This document shows positions 9,956 through 20,227 of a stretch of DNA of 64,000 nt, one piece after another. Source of the DNA: Pirellulales bacterium. Its GTDB lineage: Bacteria; Planctomycetota; Planctomycetia; Pirellulales; JADZDJ01. A program made the position numbers and the translations under genes. A model generated the notes under the pieces. It was not told the DNA's origin, did no database searches, and saw only the letters and a program-made list of their open reading frames with translations. Each line of letters begins with the position of its first letter. The first letter of the stretch is position 1. Location of the stretch: contig DASRSD010000158.1 of NCBI GenBank assembly GCA_035656635.1, positions 32,778 through 96,777 of the forward strand, read 5' to 3'.

Positions 9956-11140
9956 ATGAAAATTCACGAATTTCAAGCTAAACAAATTTTCCGCGATGCC
10001 GGCGTAGCCACTCCACGGGGCATGGTTGCCCGCACCGCCGACGAAGCCGCCAAGGCATTCCGCGAGTTGGGCGGTTCGCTCGCCGTGGTGAAAGCTCAAA
10101 TTCATGCCGGCGGTCGCGGCAAAGGCACGGTAAAAGCCAATTCGCAGCACGGCGTGCAGTTGGTTAAATCGGCCGAAGAAGCCGCGAACGTGGCCCGCAA
10201 TTTGTTAGGCCAGCCGCTGGTGACTATTCAAACCGGTCCGGAAGGACAAGTTGTTCGCCAGGTGTTGGTTGAAGAAGGCTGCGAGATTGCGCGGGAATTG
10301 TATTTGGGAATTCTCGTCGACCGCAGCGTCGGCGGACCGGTGCTCATTGCCTCGCCGGCCGGCGGCATGAACATTGAGGAGGTGGCCGCCAAAACACCGG
10401 AGTTGATTTTCAAAGAGCCGTTCGATCCCGAAGCCGGCTTGCAGCCCTATCAAGCGCGCAAAATGGCCGCAAAGTTGTCCCTGCAAGGCAGCAGCATCCG
10501 CGCAGCTGAAAAATTCCTCCGCTCGGTCTGCCGCGTGCTGGTGTGGAAAGATGCCAGTTTAGTCGAGGTCAATCCGCTGGTCGTAACAAAGTCGGGCGAT
10601 TTGATCGCACTCGATGCCAAGATCACTTTCGACGACAACGCCTTGTTCCGGCATCCCGAACTGCTCGAAATGCGCGACATTGCCGAAGAAGAACCCACCG
10701 AAGTGCGGGCTCAAAAGGCCGGTCTAAGCTATGTAAAGCTCGACGGCACCATCGGCTGCTTGGTAAATGGCGCTGGCTTGGCCATGAGCACGATGGATCT
10801 CATCAAACTACACGGCGGCGAGCCAGCGAATTTTTTGGACGTGGGCGGCGGCGCCAACACCGAGCAAGTAACCGAGGCATTCCGCATTTTACTTTCCGAT
10901 CCCAATGTGAAGGGTGTGCTGGTAAATATTTTTGGCGGCATCATGCGGTGCACCATCATCGCCAACGCTTTGGTGGAAGCGTACAAAACCGTCGGATTCA
11001 ATGTCCCGCTGGTTGTGCGGCTTGAAGGAACGGAAGTGGAGGAAGGCCGAAAAATCATTAAAAACAGCGGCGTGAATATCGTCACTGCCGAGGGATTAAC
11101 TGACGCAGCGAAAAAAGTGGTTGCGGCCACCGCACGCTGA
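9956..11140 (+). CDS. sucC: succinyl-CoA synthetase beta subunit
   Basis: [17 protein letters not shown], an ATP-grasp domain, and [15 protein letters not shown]...[14 protein letters not shown]. Confidence 0.95.
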   Translation: MKIHEFQAKQIFRDAGVATPRGMVARTADEAAKAFRELGGSLAVVKAQIHAGGRGKGTVKANSQHGVQLVKSAEEAANVARNLLGQPLVTIQTGPEGQVVRQVLVEEGCEIARELYLGILVDRSVGGPVLIASPAGGMNIEEVAAKTPELIFKEPFDPEAGLQPYQARKMAAKLSLQGSSIRAAEKFLRSVCRVLVWKDASLVEVNPLVVTKSGDLIALDAKITFDDNALFRHPELLEMRDIAEEEPTEVRAQKAGLSYVKLDGTIGCLVNGAGLAMSTMDLIKLHGGEPANFLDVGGGANTEQVTEAFRILLSDPNVKGVLVNIFGGIMRCTIIANALVEAYKTVGFNVPLVVRLEGTEVEEGRKIIKNSGVNIVTAEGLTDAAKKVVAATAR

Positions 11141-11158
11141 ACTTCGTTTGAAATTCAT

Positions 11159-12037
11159 ATGAGCATTCTCATCAACAAAAACACCCGGGTCATTTGCCAA
11201 GGCATCACCGGCAAGGTAGGGCAATTCCATACCAAGGGATGCAAGGAATACGGCACGAAAATGGTCGGCGGCGTGACACCGGGCAAGGCGGGTGAAACCG
11301 TCGAAGGCCTGCCGGTATTCGATACCGTGATGGAAGCGGTGAAGCAAACCGGCGCCGATGCCACCATGATTTTCGTGCCGCCGGCTTTCACCGCCGACGC
11401 CATTTTGGAGGCGGTCGACGCGGAAATTAAAACGGTCATCGCCATCACCGAAGGCGTGCCGGTGCTCGACATGGCTCGGGTCTATCCGATTGTGAAGCGC
11501 AGCAACTCCGTTTTAGTGGGTCCCAACTGCCCCGGCGTGATAACGCCCGGCGAATGCAAAATCGGAATTATGCCCGGTTACATCCACAAGCCCGGTAAGG
11601 TAGGCGTAATGAGCCGCAGCGGCACGCTCACGTACGAAGCCGTGTGGCAGCTCACGAATTTGGGGCTTGGGCAATCGACCTGCGTGGGCCTGGGAGGCGA
11701 TCCGATCGTCGGCACTTCGTTCATCGATTTGTTCAAAATGTTCCAGGCCGATTCAGGCACGGAAGCAATTTTGATGATGGGGGAAATCGGCGGCACGGCC
11801 GAAGAAGAAGCCGCCGCCTACGTCAAGCAGCATGTGACCAAGCCGGTGGCCGCGTTTATTGCCGGCCGCACCGCCCCGCCTGGCAAGCGCATGGGGCACG
11901 CCGGTGCGATCATTAGCGGCGGCAAGGGAACGGCGGAGGAAAAGCTGGCCGCGCTGAAAGCTGCCGGAATCGAAATTGCCGAAAGCCCCGCCGACATGGG
12001 CGCTGCTGTCCAACGGGCCGTGCAGCGCAAAAAATGA
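11159..12037 (+). CDS. sucD: succinyl-CoA synthetase alpha subunit
   Basis: [25 protein letters not shown], and the phosphohistidine loop [17 protein letters not shown]. Confidence 0.95.
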   Translation: MSILINKNTRVICQGITGKVGQFHTKGCKEYGTKMVGGVTPGKAGETVEGLPVFDTVMEAVKQTGADATMIFVPPAFTADAILEAVDAEIKTVIAITEGVPVLDMARVYPIVKRSNSVLVGPNCPGVITPGECKIGIMPGYIHKPGKVGVMSRSGTLTYEAVWQLTNLGLGQSTCVGLGGDPIVGTSFIDLFKMFQADSGTEAILMMGEIGGTAEEEAAAYVKQHVTKPVAAFIAGRTAPPGKRMGHAGAIISGGKGTAEEKLAALKAAGIEIAESPADMGAAVQRAVQRKK

Positions 12038-12056
12038 AACCGTCGCTTCGAGCGAT

Positions 12057-13277
12057 TCAATACGACAACCCCACGCGAACCATCATCGTGCCGGGCAAGT
12101 TCTGGTCGGGGCCAGTTTGGTACTGCAATTGGCGGTCGAAAACATAGCCGATTTCGGCAAAACCATTTAGGCTAAGATCCAAGCTTTTGTGCTCGACCCC
12201 TAGCATGATTCGCAGGTCGCTGTAATTCAAGATATTGTCGACGCCACCCGTTTGCTCGATGGCCCATTGTCCGCCGCCAAATTCGCCGGCGATGTATACC
12301 CAGCGCTCGTATGTGGGCTCGCATTCTACACGGTATGCAATTCTGGGCTTGGGGGTAATTAGCTCGAATCGCGTATCTTCATTGGGGGTCCAAATGACAC
12401 CGCCGGCCGGTACTACGTTGGCATTCAACCGGCCCCAGTATGCGGCGCCCACGGCAATTTTCAAATTCGGCGACCAGGTGTAAACCACCACGGCGTGCGA
12501 TTCCAGGCGAAACGCTTGCGAGCCGTTGGCGTTTTGATAATCGCTGTGCCAGCCGGGCGTGACCATGAGATCGGCCCCCCAGCAATCGTTGATTTTGCCC
12601 AGCCAGTGGAATTCCACGTAATCATCGTGCACCGTGGAGGGCAAATCAAAGTGCGGCGCGTCGAGCACCCAAAAATCGGTGCCGGGCTCAATCAACAGCG
12701 GCGAGTCACGCGTCGGACACGGTACCCCAAACACGCCGTAAATTTCCGTATCTTCAAAACCGACGTTGTTACTTTCGTCGAATCGCGGCAAATACGTCGT
12801 GGTGGCGGAAATTCGCTGAAAGAAACCAGCCCGTTGCGGCGGCAAGCTTGGCTGCTGCGATTCGGGAATCAAAACGAAATTGTTGGGCTGATCGAGCAAT
12901 GGCTCCGTGGCATCGCGCGGAAATGAGGCTAACTTCGTCGGCGGATGATTGGGGTCGTTCTCGTCGTACAATGGCGCGCTCGCCGGCGGCGCGGCCGGCC
13001 ACGGCGTAAGGGGCGGTTGGATCGTTGCCGAGTTCAAACTCGGCGGCAATGGCGTCAGCGAATAAGAAATGGAATTGCCCGTGGGAGGCTGCGAATAACC
13101 TGGCTGCGCGGACGTGAAATTAGACGCCGATTGCGCGGTTGTGCTTGTCCGATACGGTTCACCAGGCTGCTGTGCCTGCGCGCAGCGCACACAAATTGCC
13201 AACGCCACGGCGATCTGGCATTGCAGCAGGATCGTTCCTAGTTTGCCGCGAGGAATGCGAAATAGATTCATATTCAC
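12057..13277 (-). CDS. secreted Pro-rich protein with C-terminal beta-barrel-like domain (paralog 1)
   Basis: Signal peptide, a Pro/Ser/Gln-rich linker, then alternating-hydrophobicity strands ending in ...MMVRVGLSY (aromatic terminus). It is a paralog of the upstream gene. Confidence 0.6.
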   Translation of the reverse strand: MNMNLFRIPRGKLGTILLQCQIAVALAICVRCAQAQQPGEPYRTSTTAQSASNFTSAQPGYSQPPTGNSISYSLTPLPPSLNSATIQPPLTPWPAAPPASAPLYDENDPNHPPTKLASFPRDATEPLLDQPNNFVLIPESQQPSLPPQRAGFFQRISATTTYLPRFDESNNVGFEDTEIYGVFGVPCPTRDSPLLIEPGTDFWVLDAPHFDLPSTVHDDYVEFHWLGKINDCWGADLMVTPGWHSDYQNANGSQAFRLESHAVVVYTWSPNLKIAVGAAYWGRLNANVVPAGGVIWTPNEDTRFELITPKPRIAYRVECEPTYERWVYIAGEFGGGQWAIEQTGGVDNILNYSDLRIMLGVEHKSLDLSLNGFAEIGYVFDRQLQYQTGPDQNLPGTMMVRVGLSY

Positions 13278-13279
13278 AA

Positions 13280-14455
13280 TTAATACGAAATGCCCGCGCC
13301 CAGCAGCACGGTATCGGATAAATCAAAATTACCTGGATTATTGCTGCGGAATACCAACCGACGATCGAATGCATAGCCAACTTCAACGTACCCGCGCATG
13401 CCCGATTGCGTTTCCGGCAGCACATCCAGCCCAATGGCAAACCTCAAATCGTTGTAGTCGAAATCGTCGGAGCCGACGCCGGGACGATTGATGGTCCATG
13501 CGCCCCCTCCGTATTCACCGCGAATGTATGCCCAGAGCGTGTGATTGCCAACCGTCGAACAGCGATGGGCCAGTTTAGGGGCGGGAAAGAAAATTTCGTA
13601 GCGTGAGTCGGCGTTGGGCGTCCACACGATGCCGCCCGCGGGCAACATCTTTACCAAATTGCGATCGAGGTACCACACCCCCAACTTGAACTGCATCGTC
13701 GGAGTGAGCGTGAGCACGCCTAGTCCACGAGCCAAAATGCGAATGCTTTCGCTGCTGGTGTGTTGAAAATCGGTATACAAACCGGGACTAACTTCCAACT
13801 CCGCTCCAAACCAATTCGAGATTTGCGGATTCCAAGCGGCATCAATGTAAGCCCCATAGGTTTGGGCGGGCAGATCAGGGCCGAAAGGAACCGGCTGGCC
13901 AACCGGATCAGGGCCGTCCCATAAATTCAACTGAAACCCTGGAGTAATGAGCAACGGATTCGGATTCCAATAAAACGGAATGGCAAACGCTGCCCACACG
14001 TTGATGGTGTTAATCCCCAAGGCGGTTTCGCCACCGCCGCGCGCCAGCCAAGTTTCGTCCGCATGAATTTCCTGAAAAAATCGCATGGTTTTGGTCCACG
14101 TGTCGGTAATCGGCGCGAACGTAGGACCGTTGTAAACAGGCACCCCATCGGGATATAGTGCCGCGGGCGCGCCATTGTAGGGCGTGCCATACAGCGGAGC
14201 AGGCGCGGGCGCGTAGGGGGAATACGCTCCGGGCGCCCCATAAGGCGCTGCCGGGGGCAATGCGGGAGCGCTCATCGGCGGCGCCGTGCTGGGAATGGAA
14301 TACGGATCAAACGTCGGCGGCGGAACCGCGGGGCCCGATGGATAAGCAGCCGATGGCGCAGGCGTGGGAAATTCCACTCGCTGGCCTCGCGCCTCTCGCA
14401 ATGAAAAGCACGTGCCGCAAATCAAAATCACGATTGCCAGCCGCGGCTTGCTCAC
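13280..14455 (-). CDS. secreted Pro-rich protein with C-terminal beta-barrel-like domain (paralog 2)
   Basis: Signal peptide and a Pro/Ala/Tyr-rich linker, ending ...VLLGAGISY. It shares the blocks PAGGIVWTPNADSRYEIFFPAPKLAHR and YIRGEYGGGAWTI with the downstream gene. Only 2 nt separate the two ORFs. Confidence 0.6.
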   Translation of the reverse strand: MSKPRLAIVILICGTCFSLREARGQRVEFPTPAPSAAYPSGPAVPPPTFDPYSIPSTAPPMSAPALPPAAPYGAPGAYSPYAPAPAPLYGTPYNGAPAALYPDGVPVYNGPTFAPITDTWTKTMRFFQEIHADETWLARGGGETALGINTINVWAAFAIPFYWNPNPLLITPGFQLNLWDGPDPVGQPVPFGPDLPAQTYGAYIDAAWNPQISNWFGAELEVSPGLYTDFQHTSSESIRILARGLGVLTLTPTMQFKLGVWYLDRNLVKMLPAGGIVWTPNADSRYEIFFPAPKLAHRCSTVGNHTLWAYIRGEYGGGAWTINRPGVGSDDFDYNDLRFAIGLDVLPETQSGMRGYVEVGYAFDRRLVFRSNNPGNFDLSDTVLLGAGISY

Positions 14456-14777
14456 CGGGCTATCCTCAACATTGAAGTTCGATGCAAGACGATGAATTGA
14501 TTCCGTGCCGAAAGGCTGATCGCCGGCCTCTAACAGCTAGCAGCGACGAGAAAAGAGCGTGGGTAAATACCGGTTACGCCACAGTCGGTCAAGAGCAGAT
14601 GTGCTCGCAGGGTGGATCGCTAGCATTGGTGAGCATCACTTTATGAAGAATTTAGAAGAACGGCTTGTGAGGCGGCATTGCGCTGGATACTCTTGCCGGT
14701 CTTATCACATCTTTGTTCTCGTGCTGCGCGCCCAGTTGATTCGCGTCGTGTCAACGGGCTGCGCTCAGACTGCACTC

Positions 14778-15977
14778 ATGAAAAGGCCGCTCATCATCGC
14801 CCTGTTGATAGGGTTAGTCGCCGGCTGCGCTGAGCTGCCGCTCGATCATGCTGCGCACCAAGATCTGGCGCAGCAAGCAGATGGTAGGCACGCAGATAAG
14901 ACCTTAAGCGCGCGAGCTGTCAACGAGGAAACCGACGAACAGGCTGAAGCCGATGAACCATGGGCGCCTGTTCTCATAACCGACAGCGTGTTGGAGTCTG
15001 ATTCATTCGGCAATGTTACCTTAACGAACGACCAATTAGCTGCATGCCATCTTTCTGCTCCCTCGTACTGGAGTGAGCTTTCTTTGACGAATGACGCGGA
15101 GTCAGACGATCAAGTGCACTTATTGCCGCCAGTAAACGACGGGCCAGCCAAACATAGTGATTCTTCAGAGGCGCAGGAGCCTGTCGACCTTGGTAGCGGC
15201 GGCGACCACGCTCCTCAGGATGCCAACGCCCCGCCATTATTTATGAACTTGCAGGATCATCCGCTGCTGTTCAACTTGCTCAATGATCAAGCCAATTTTT
15301 ACCGGCGCGGCAGCTTAGAATGGCTTGCCGTCGGCGTGGGAGGTGCGGCAATTTTGGCCAATACGCACGCAGACGCAGGGTTCGGCGATGCGTATGGAGA
15401 ATTCCTTCGACCGTCGGACACCAAATTGGATTTTCTCAAGCAATTTGGCAATGGTGTGTACGTGATTCCAAGTCTGTCGGCGATTTGGTTGTTCGATTAT
15501 GGCATCGACTCATGGCTCAGCAACAACGAGAGTGAATTCGCTTGCACTGCCTGGCTGCAGGAATGGAGTGGCCGATCGTTGCGCGGTCTAATCGTGGGAG
15601 GCGCGCCCGTCGTTGTGCTGCAGTATGCCATCGGCTCCGCGCGTCCCAGCGAGGGAATCGGCTCCGGATGGCACCCACTTCGTCATCATAACGGCGTCAG
15701 CGGTCATGCCTTCGTCGGCGCCGTGCCGTTTTGGACCGCCGCACAAATGACCGATTGCTGCGCATTGGACGTGTCGTTTTATGCCGCCGGAACTTTGGCC
15801 GGTTGGGCACGCATTCACACGGATACCCACTATTTGTCGCAAGTGTTGCTCGGCTGGTGGCTGGCCAGCATGTCGGTTTCAGCAGTCAATCATACCGAGT
15901 GGCAAAAACACCAGTGGTATACGGTACCCACCGTGGATGACGATGGCGTCGGCATTGCACTATTGCACTTGTGGTAA
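14778..15977 (+). CDS. PAP2-superfamily phosphatase-like lipoprotein
   Basis: Trimmed to MKRPLIIALLIGLVAGC (lipobox). The C-terminal region has PAP2-like motifs GSARP, VSGH and RIHTDTHYLSQV. The N-terminal half is acidic and low-complexity. Confidence 0.55.
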   Translation: MKRPLIIALLIGLVAGCAELPLDHAAHQDLAQQADGRHADKTLSARAVNEETDEQAEADEPWAPVLITDSVLESDSFGNVTLTNDQLAACHLSAPSYWSELSLTNDAESDDQVHLLPPVNDGPAKHSDSSEAQEPVDLGSGGDHAPQDANAPPLFMNLQDHPLLFNLLNDQANFYRRGSLEWLAVGVGGAAILANTHADAGFGDAYGEFLRPSDTKLDFLKQFGNGVYVIPSLSAIWLFDYGIDSWLSNNESEFACTAWLQEWSGRSLRGLIVGGAPVVVLQYAIGSARPSEGIGSGWHPLRHHNGVSGHAFVGAVPFWTAAQMTDCCALDVSFYAAGTLAGWARIHTDTHYLSQVLLGWWLASMSVSAVNHTEWQKHQWYTVPTVDDDGVGIALLHLW

Positions 15978-16042
15978 CGTGCGATCGAATTCAATCGCCT
16001 TGCCGGCGCATCTACCAGTTGGAAAAAGGGCCTGTATCAGCG

Positions 16043-18604
16043 TTACGGGTTTTGCCGACTATACCATTGTTTCCAACGTTGCACTTGCTCGTCGAGCGTT
16101 GCCGAGCCACTTTCACCGGCGTCTACAGGGGCTTCGTAGGCCGCGGGCTGCGAACCGGAAGCTGCAGGCGGATTGCCCGCTCCGCTAAGGCTGCGCAAGC
16201 TTAGCAGGGCCGCACGACGGACATCTTGCTGGTCGTCCAGAAGCTTAACTAGCGTCGGTAATAGAGGGTTATCGCTAAGACCGCCGCCATCGAGCTTGCC
16301 GATCACTTGGGCCGTTTTGCGCCGGATTTGCGGGTCATCATCGGCTGCCAAGCGTTCTAAAGCCGCCCAACCCGACTCCAATTTCCATCGAGACAGCGAA
16401 ACGGCCGCATCAAGCCGCAAGGAATGGTCGGACGCCGTCAGCAAGGTTTCCAATGGCGCTGGATCGGCCAGCGGCGGACCTGTTCCCAGTGCCTGCGCAG
16501 CCGCGTGCAACACCGAAAGGTTGTCGTCACCGAGCGCCGCTACCAGCAAATCAGATTGCTGCGCATCCGGATATTGGGCGAAGTACAGGCACGCTCGGCG
16601 GCGGATTTCGGCAGATGGGTGGCTCATTCCCGCTGCCGCCAACAATCGGGCTGGCTCACGCGGATCGTGTTCAATCAGTTGATAAGCCGAGAGCCATTGA
16701 ATTGGATCCGATTCCTTAACCAACAGTTCCGAAATGCGTGCCAGCGCCACGGTAGATAACTGCCTCTCGCTGGAAACTTTTACGATTGCCGCCAATGCCG
16801 CTCTACGATTCGCCGGCGCGGCATCGGCTAGTTGATTGATCAATTCGAATTCTTTTCCACACTGTGGCAGCACGTCGCGATAAATTCTGGCAGGCAATGG
16901 TTGATCATGTTCCGCTTGTAGCGCGTCCAATATCGGTAGCAAATCTGCGCCCAGCGCCACCAGGGATTGCGCTGCCGCCGTTTGTTCCGCATCGCTGGCC
17001 CGCGGATCGCCCAGGCGATTTATCAGTCCGAACACTGTATTTTTTCGCTCGTCAGAAATTTCGGAAGTTCGTTGTGACGCCGATACCAAGGCTTGGGTGT
17101 CGATATTTCCAAACTGTGCAATCCATTGCTGCTGCAATTGGACCGCAAGTTCCGTACGGCGCTGTTGGGGAGCATCGATGGGAAACCCTGCGGCGGGGGC
17201 CCAACGGTCTGACAACAATGTTGCAGCATCTTTCCGCGGAGAGTAATTCGGCGAATCCAACACCGACAGCAGCAGCGGGCCGGCGGTTTCTATTTGCCAC
17301 GCAGCGGTCATGCGAATGGTTGCACGTTGTACTTCCACACTGCCGTCTGTGAGAAATTGCCGAGCTAGCGCAACGGATCGGCGATCGGGATGTTTGGCCA
17401 GCGAAGCCACCACTGCCGTGCGAACTCGCCAAGAAGGATCGTGGGCGGCGCTCTCGACGTTGTCTCGATCATCCAAATTCGCCAGCGCTTGAATGGCTGC
17501 CACGCGCACTAATTCGCCGTGGTCGCCAGCCAATCGCTTCAGCCTAGCGCGGTCCTCGTCGGCGCCGACTTGCCCCAGCAGTTCAATTGCCTTGGAGCGA
17601 ACGGAAAAGTCAGAATCGGAAAGCGCGCGGTGAATTTTGTCGAGCGCTTGCGGATCTTTTCGCGCGGCAATCAATTTCAAAGCGGCGATGCGAACTTGCG
17701 GGTCCGCATCGGAGGTCAAATCCAGAGCCAGCGGCGGCAACGATGTTGCATCGGTTTTAGCCGCTGCCGCATTCGAGTTCGTCATGGCTCCCAATGCTTC
17801 GCGCTTGACCACCGGAGCAGGGCTCTTCAAAGCATCGACAATTCGGGCGTCAATTGTTCCGCCGGACGAATGCGCCAGCGCCCGGACAAGCTCCGCATGA
17901 ATTTCCGGAATGTAGTGCGATCGATTGGGGCCCGTGCATTGACTATATTGATCGATTAGGTCGTTCAAAGCGGCGGTCGCCGCCGTACTGTGTACCTCGC
18001 CCAAGGCCTCCGTTGCGGCACGGCGGACTGCCAATTTGAGGTCTGGAGCCTGGACTGCGGAGGTTAAAGTTTTTTCGGGCGAGCCTGCTCCTTGGCGGGA
18101 CAGGGCAATGGCGGCATTCACGCGGACAATCTGCTTTTCCGATTGCAACGCCAATTGCCAATCGGGCTGCTGATCGATTGGTCGATCCAGGATGTCCTCC
18201 AGCGCGTGGTGCCGCCAACGATAGCGCGGCGCTTCGGCATGATCGGGTGGTGCAAAGTGCTCGAGCGCATCGGGCGATTCGGGCATGGCCACCGCCAATA
18301 CCCAGTTGTCATCGTCCAATGGTTTGAACGAGTCGAGAACAGAATTTGCCGCTGGTTGCGAGCCGGGGTTAGGCTTAGATTTAGCCGTTGCCGTTTTGTC
18401 TGCCGCCGCGCCAGACGTTGGGTGGTTGCTAGTAGTTGACTGCGGTTCAGCGGCAAACGTTCCGCCGGTTGGTGACCAACGGGACGACTGGCAACCGGCG
18501 GAAATTGGCAATGCCAACAGCAACCCAATCCGCGCAACACAAGCGCAAAAACTACCGTGGCGGCAGTTCGATGACAAACAGTGCAATGGCAAGCAGTGCA
18601 TCAC
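16043..18604 (-). CDS. HEAT-repeat protein, secreted or membrane-anchored
   Basis: 853 aa with many repeats of the type VRxAAxxALGxxxD (e.g. VRRAATEALGEV, VRIAALKLIAAR, VRVAAIQALANL, IRRKTAQVIGKL). Confidence 0.7.
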   Translation of the reverse strand: MMHCLPLHCLSSNCRHGSFCACVARIGLLLALPISAGCQSSRWSPTGGTFAAEPQSTTSNHPTSGAAADKTATAKSKPNPGSQPAANSVLDSFKPLDDDNWVLAVAMPESPDALEHFAPPDHAEAPRYRWRHHALEDILDRPIDQQPDWQLALQSEKQIVRVNAAIALSRQGAGSPEKTLTSAVQAPDLKLAVRRAATEALGEVHSTAATAALNDLIDQYSQCTGPNRSHYIPEIHAELVRALAHSSGGTIDARIVDALKSPAPVVKREALGAMTNSNAAAAKTDATSLPPLALDLTSDADPQVRIAALKLIAARKDPQALDKIHRALSDSDFSVRSKAIELLGQVGADEDRARLKRLAGDHGELVRVAAIQALANLDDRDNVESAAHDPSWRVRTAVVASLAKHPDRRSVALARQFLTDGSVEVQRATIRMTAAWQIETAGPLLLSVLDSPNYSPRKDAATLLSDRWAPAAGFPIDAPQQRRTELAVQLQQQWIAQFGNIDTQALVSASQRTSEISDERKNTVFGLINRLGDPRASDAEQTAAAQSLVALGADLLPILDALQAEHDQPLPARIYRDVLPQCGKEFELINQLADAAPANRRAALAAIVKVSSERQLSTVALARISELLVKESDPIQWLSAYQLIEHDPREPARLLAAAGMSHPSAEIRRRACLYFAQYPDAQQSDLLVAALGDDNLSVLHAAAQALGTGPPLADPAPLETLLTASDHSLRLDAAVSLSRWKLESGWAALERLAADDDPQIRRKTAQVIGKLDGGGLSDNPLLPTLVKLLDDQQDVRRAALLSLRSLSGAGNPPAASGSQPAAYEAPVDAGESGSATLDEQVQRWKQWYSRQNP

Positions 18605-18683
18605 GGCGAATTCCTTTCGCCTCCGTTCTCATCCATGAAACTGATTCAAACTTTCAAACTAGACGCCCTGTGCGGCGGACGCG

Positions 18684-20087
18684 TTAATTCAGCCCGAGGG
18701 GATTTTCCGGCTGTTGTGCCGGAGTGGTGGCAGGAGCCGTTGTGCCCGGCGCTGCCGGACCTCCGGCCGCTCGTTGCACTGCCGCGTCCAAACTATTCCC
18801 TGCATTTGCCAGGGCGTCTTCAATGGGTTTTTGCCGGTCGATGGGAATGACCACCGGCGCGCCGCCATAAGCCGGCGTTGTGGGGGTCGGTGGATCTGCC
18901 TGCTTAGTGCCGCACGCTGCAATGAGATTATCCAGCGGGCCGATGAGCGAATCTACATACTGTTGCAAGTCCGCAGTGGCCGACATGGCACGCACGCCCC
19001 CTTTGCCATCGCTTCCGACCAAGCCTTGGCGAATATCGCCCAGTTGCTGAGCCAATCGGCCCACGACAATGGGCATGTTATGCGCGGCAGCGGTTTCGAG
19101 TTCCTTCTTGTAATCATCGACGGCAATGTTTCCCAGCGTTTTTGCCAGCGCCGCAGGGTCAAAATTTTGCGGCACATTTAATTTGATTGTGGCCAGCGCG
19201 CCCGCGGCGGCAGTCCGAATTGCCATGGACGTGGAATTGTCTTTGATGGTGTCCAACAGCGCCTTGGAGACATCGGCGTTGGGCGGAGGATTGTTGAGAG
19301 CGATCAAAACATCAATGGCCCGACAGCAAATCCAATCTTTTCCATCCTGCGTAGTGCCTGCCAGATCGTTTCGTTTTTGCAAAGCATCCACGGCGGCGCT
19401 GATGGCCGCTTGTCGATGGTCAGCGTCAATGCCGTTTTGCGTGGCAAAGCGTACCAGGCCGCGCCAGGCCGGAACACGAACGGCGTCGATCGAATTTTTT
19501 GCCGTCGCATATTTCCACAGGTATGGCAGCGCCGGTTTCCATGGCGCGCCGGTCGATTCGGAATCGTTCAAATCGCCCATCATGAGCAGGGCGTTGGCTC
19601 GTACCACGGGATGAAAATTGCCGCTGGCAATTTGATCCATTTTCTTCACCGTCAGATCGTTCAAGTGCTCGTGTGCGGCGGGGTTGGTGGCTTTATTCAA
19701 AAACTCCCGCTTGAAGCGCACTCGTAGATCCGACAATTTCACGCCGTTAATCCCCTCGGCCAATGGCGATACTGTTCGCGTGCCAATTTTGACATCCTTC
19801 CACTGCGCGAACATGGGAAAGACAATGTCATTAAAGTATTGGTCAAATGCCGCAGCATCGAGCGGATCGCCGCCAAGCATTCCCAAGATGGATTTGGTCT
19901 TGTCGTCCAGAGCGGCGCTGGTCAATTGCGACCAAGCTTGCACCGGCTTGTTGTTCGCCTGGTACAGCGGTAGCTCCTCATAATCTTGGCCGCTGGCAGG
20001 AGAGCCGGCGAGCAAGAAAATCGCCACAATCGCCAAGGCCGAAGACACACGCGAAAAACGACAATGCCCAATCATGGCCAAACTCAT
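18684..20087 (-). CDS. hypothetical secreted alpha-helical repeat protein
   Basis: 467 aa with a signal peptide (AIVAIFLLAGSPASGQ) and HEAT-like segments (VRANALLMMGDL, IRTAAAGALATI). It lies 80 nt upstream of the HEAT-repeat gene on the same strand. Confidence 0.55.
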   Translation of the reverse strand: MSLAMIGHCRFSRVSSALAIVAIFLLAGSPASGQDYEELPLYQANNKPVQAWSQLTSAALDDKTKSILGMLGGDPLDAAAFDQYFNDIVFPMFAQWKDVKIGTRTVSPLAEGINGVKLSDLRVRFKREFLNKATNPAAHEHLNDLTVKKMDQIASGNFHPVVRANALLMMGDLNDSESTGAPWKPALPYLWKYATAKNSIDAVRVPAWRGLVRFATQNGIDADHRQAAISAAVDALQKRNDLAGTTQDGKDWICCRAIDVLIALNNPPPNADVSKALLDTIKDNSTSMAIRTAAAGALATIKLNVPQNFDPAALAKTLGNIAVDDYKKELETAAAHNMPIVVGRLAQQLGDIRQGLVGSDGKGGVRAMSATADLQQYVDSLIGPLDNLIAACGTKQADPPTPTTPAYGGAPVVIPIDRQKPIEDALANAGNSLDAAVQRAAGGPAAPGTTAPATTPAQQPENPLGLN

Positions 20088-20227
20088 TTTAAAAACGCAG
20101 AGTTATTCCGAAGTTTTGACATGGCCGCAAACACCGTAAGAGAAGACGCCAGCATGGTTTGCGACACACCTGCCCTCCCTTAAGCGTACTTACCCACGCC
20201 GGGTGCTGTCAAGGTAGATCAGGTAGA

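Noticed and set aside
16173-18640. Numerous 100-170-aa plus-strand ORFs antisense to the HEAT-repeat gene
   Set aside because: These are typical long antisense ORFs of GC-rich coding DNA. None has domain features, and the minus-strand frame is uninterrupted for 853 codons with clear repeats.
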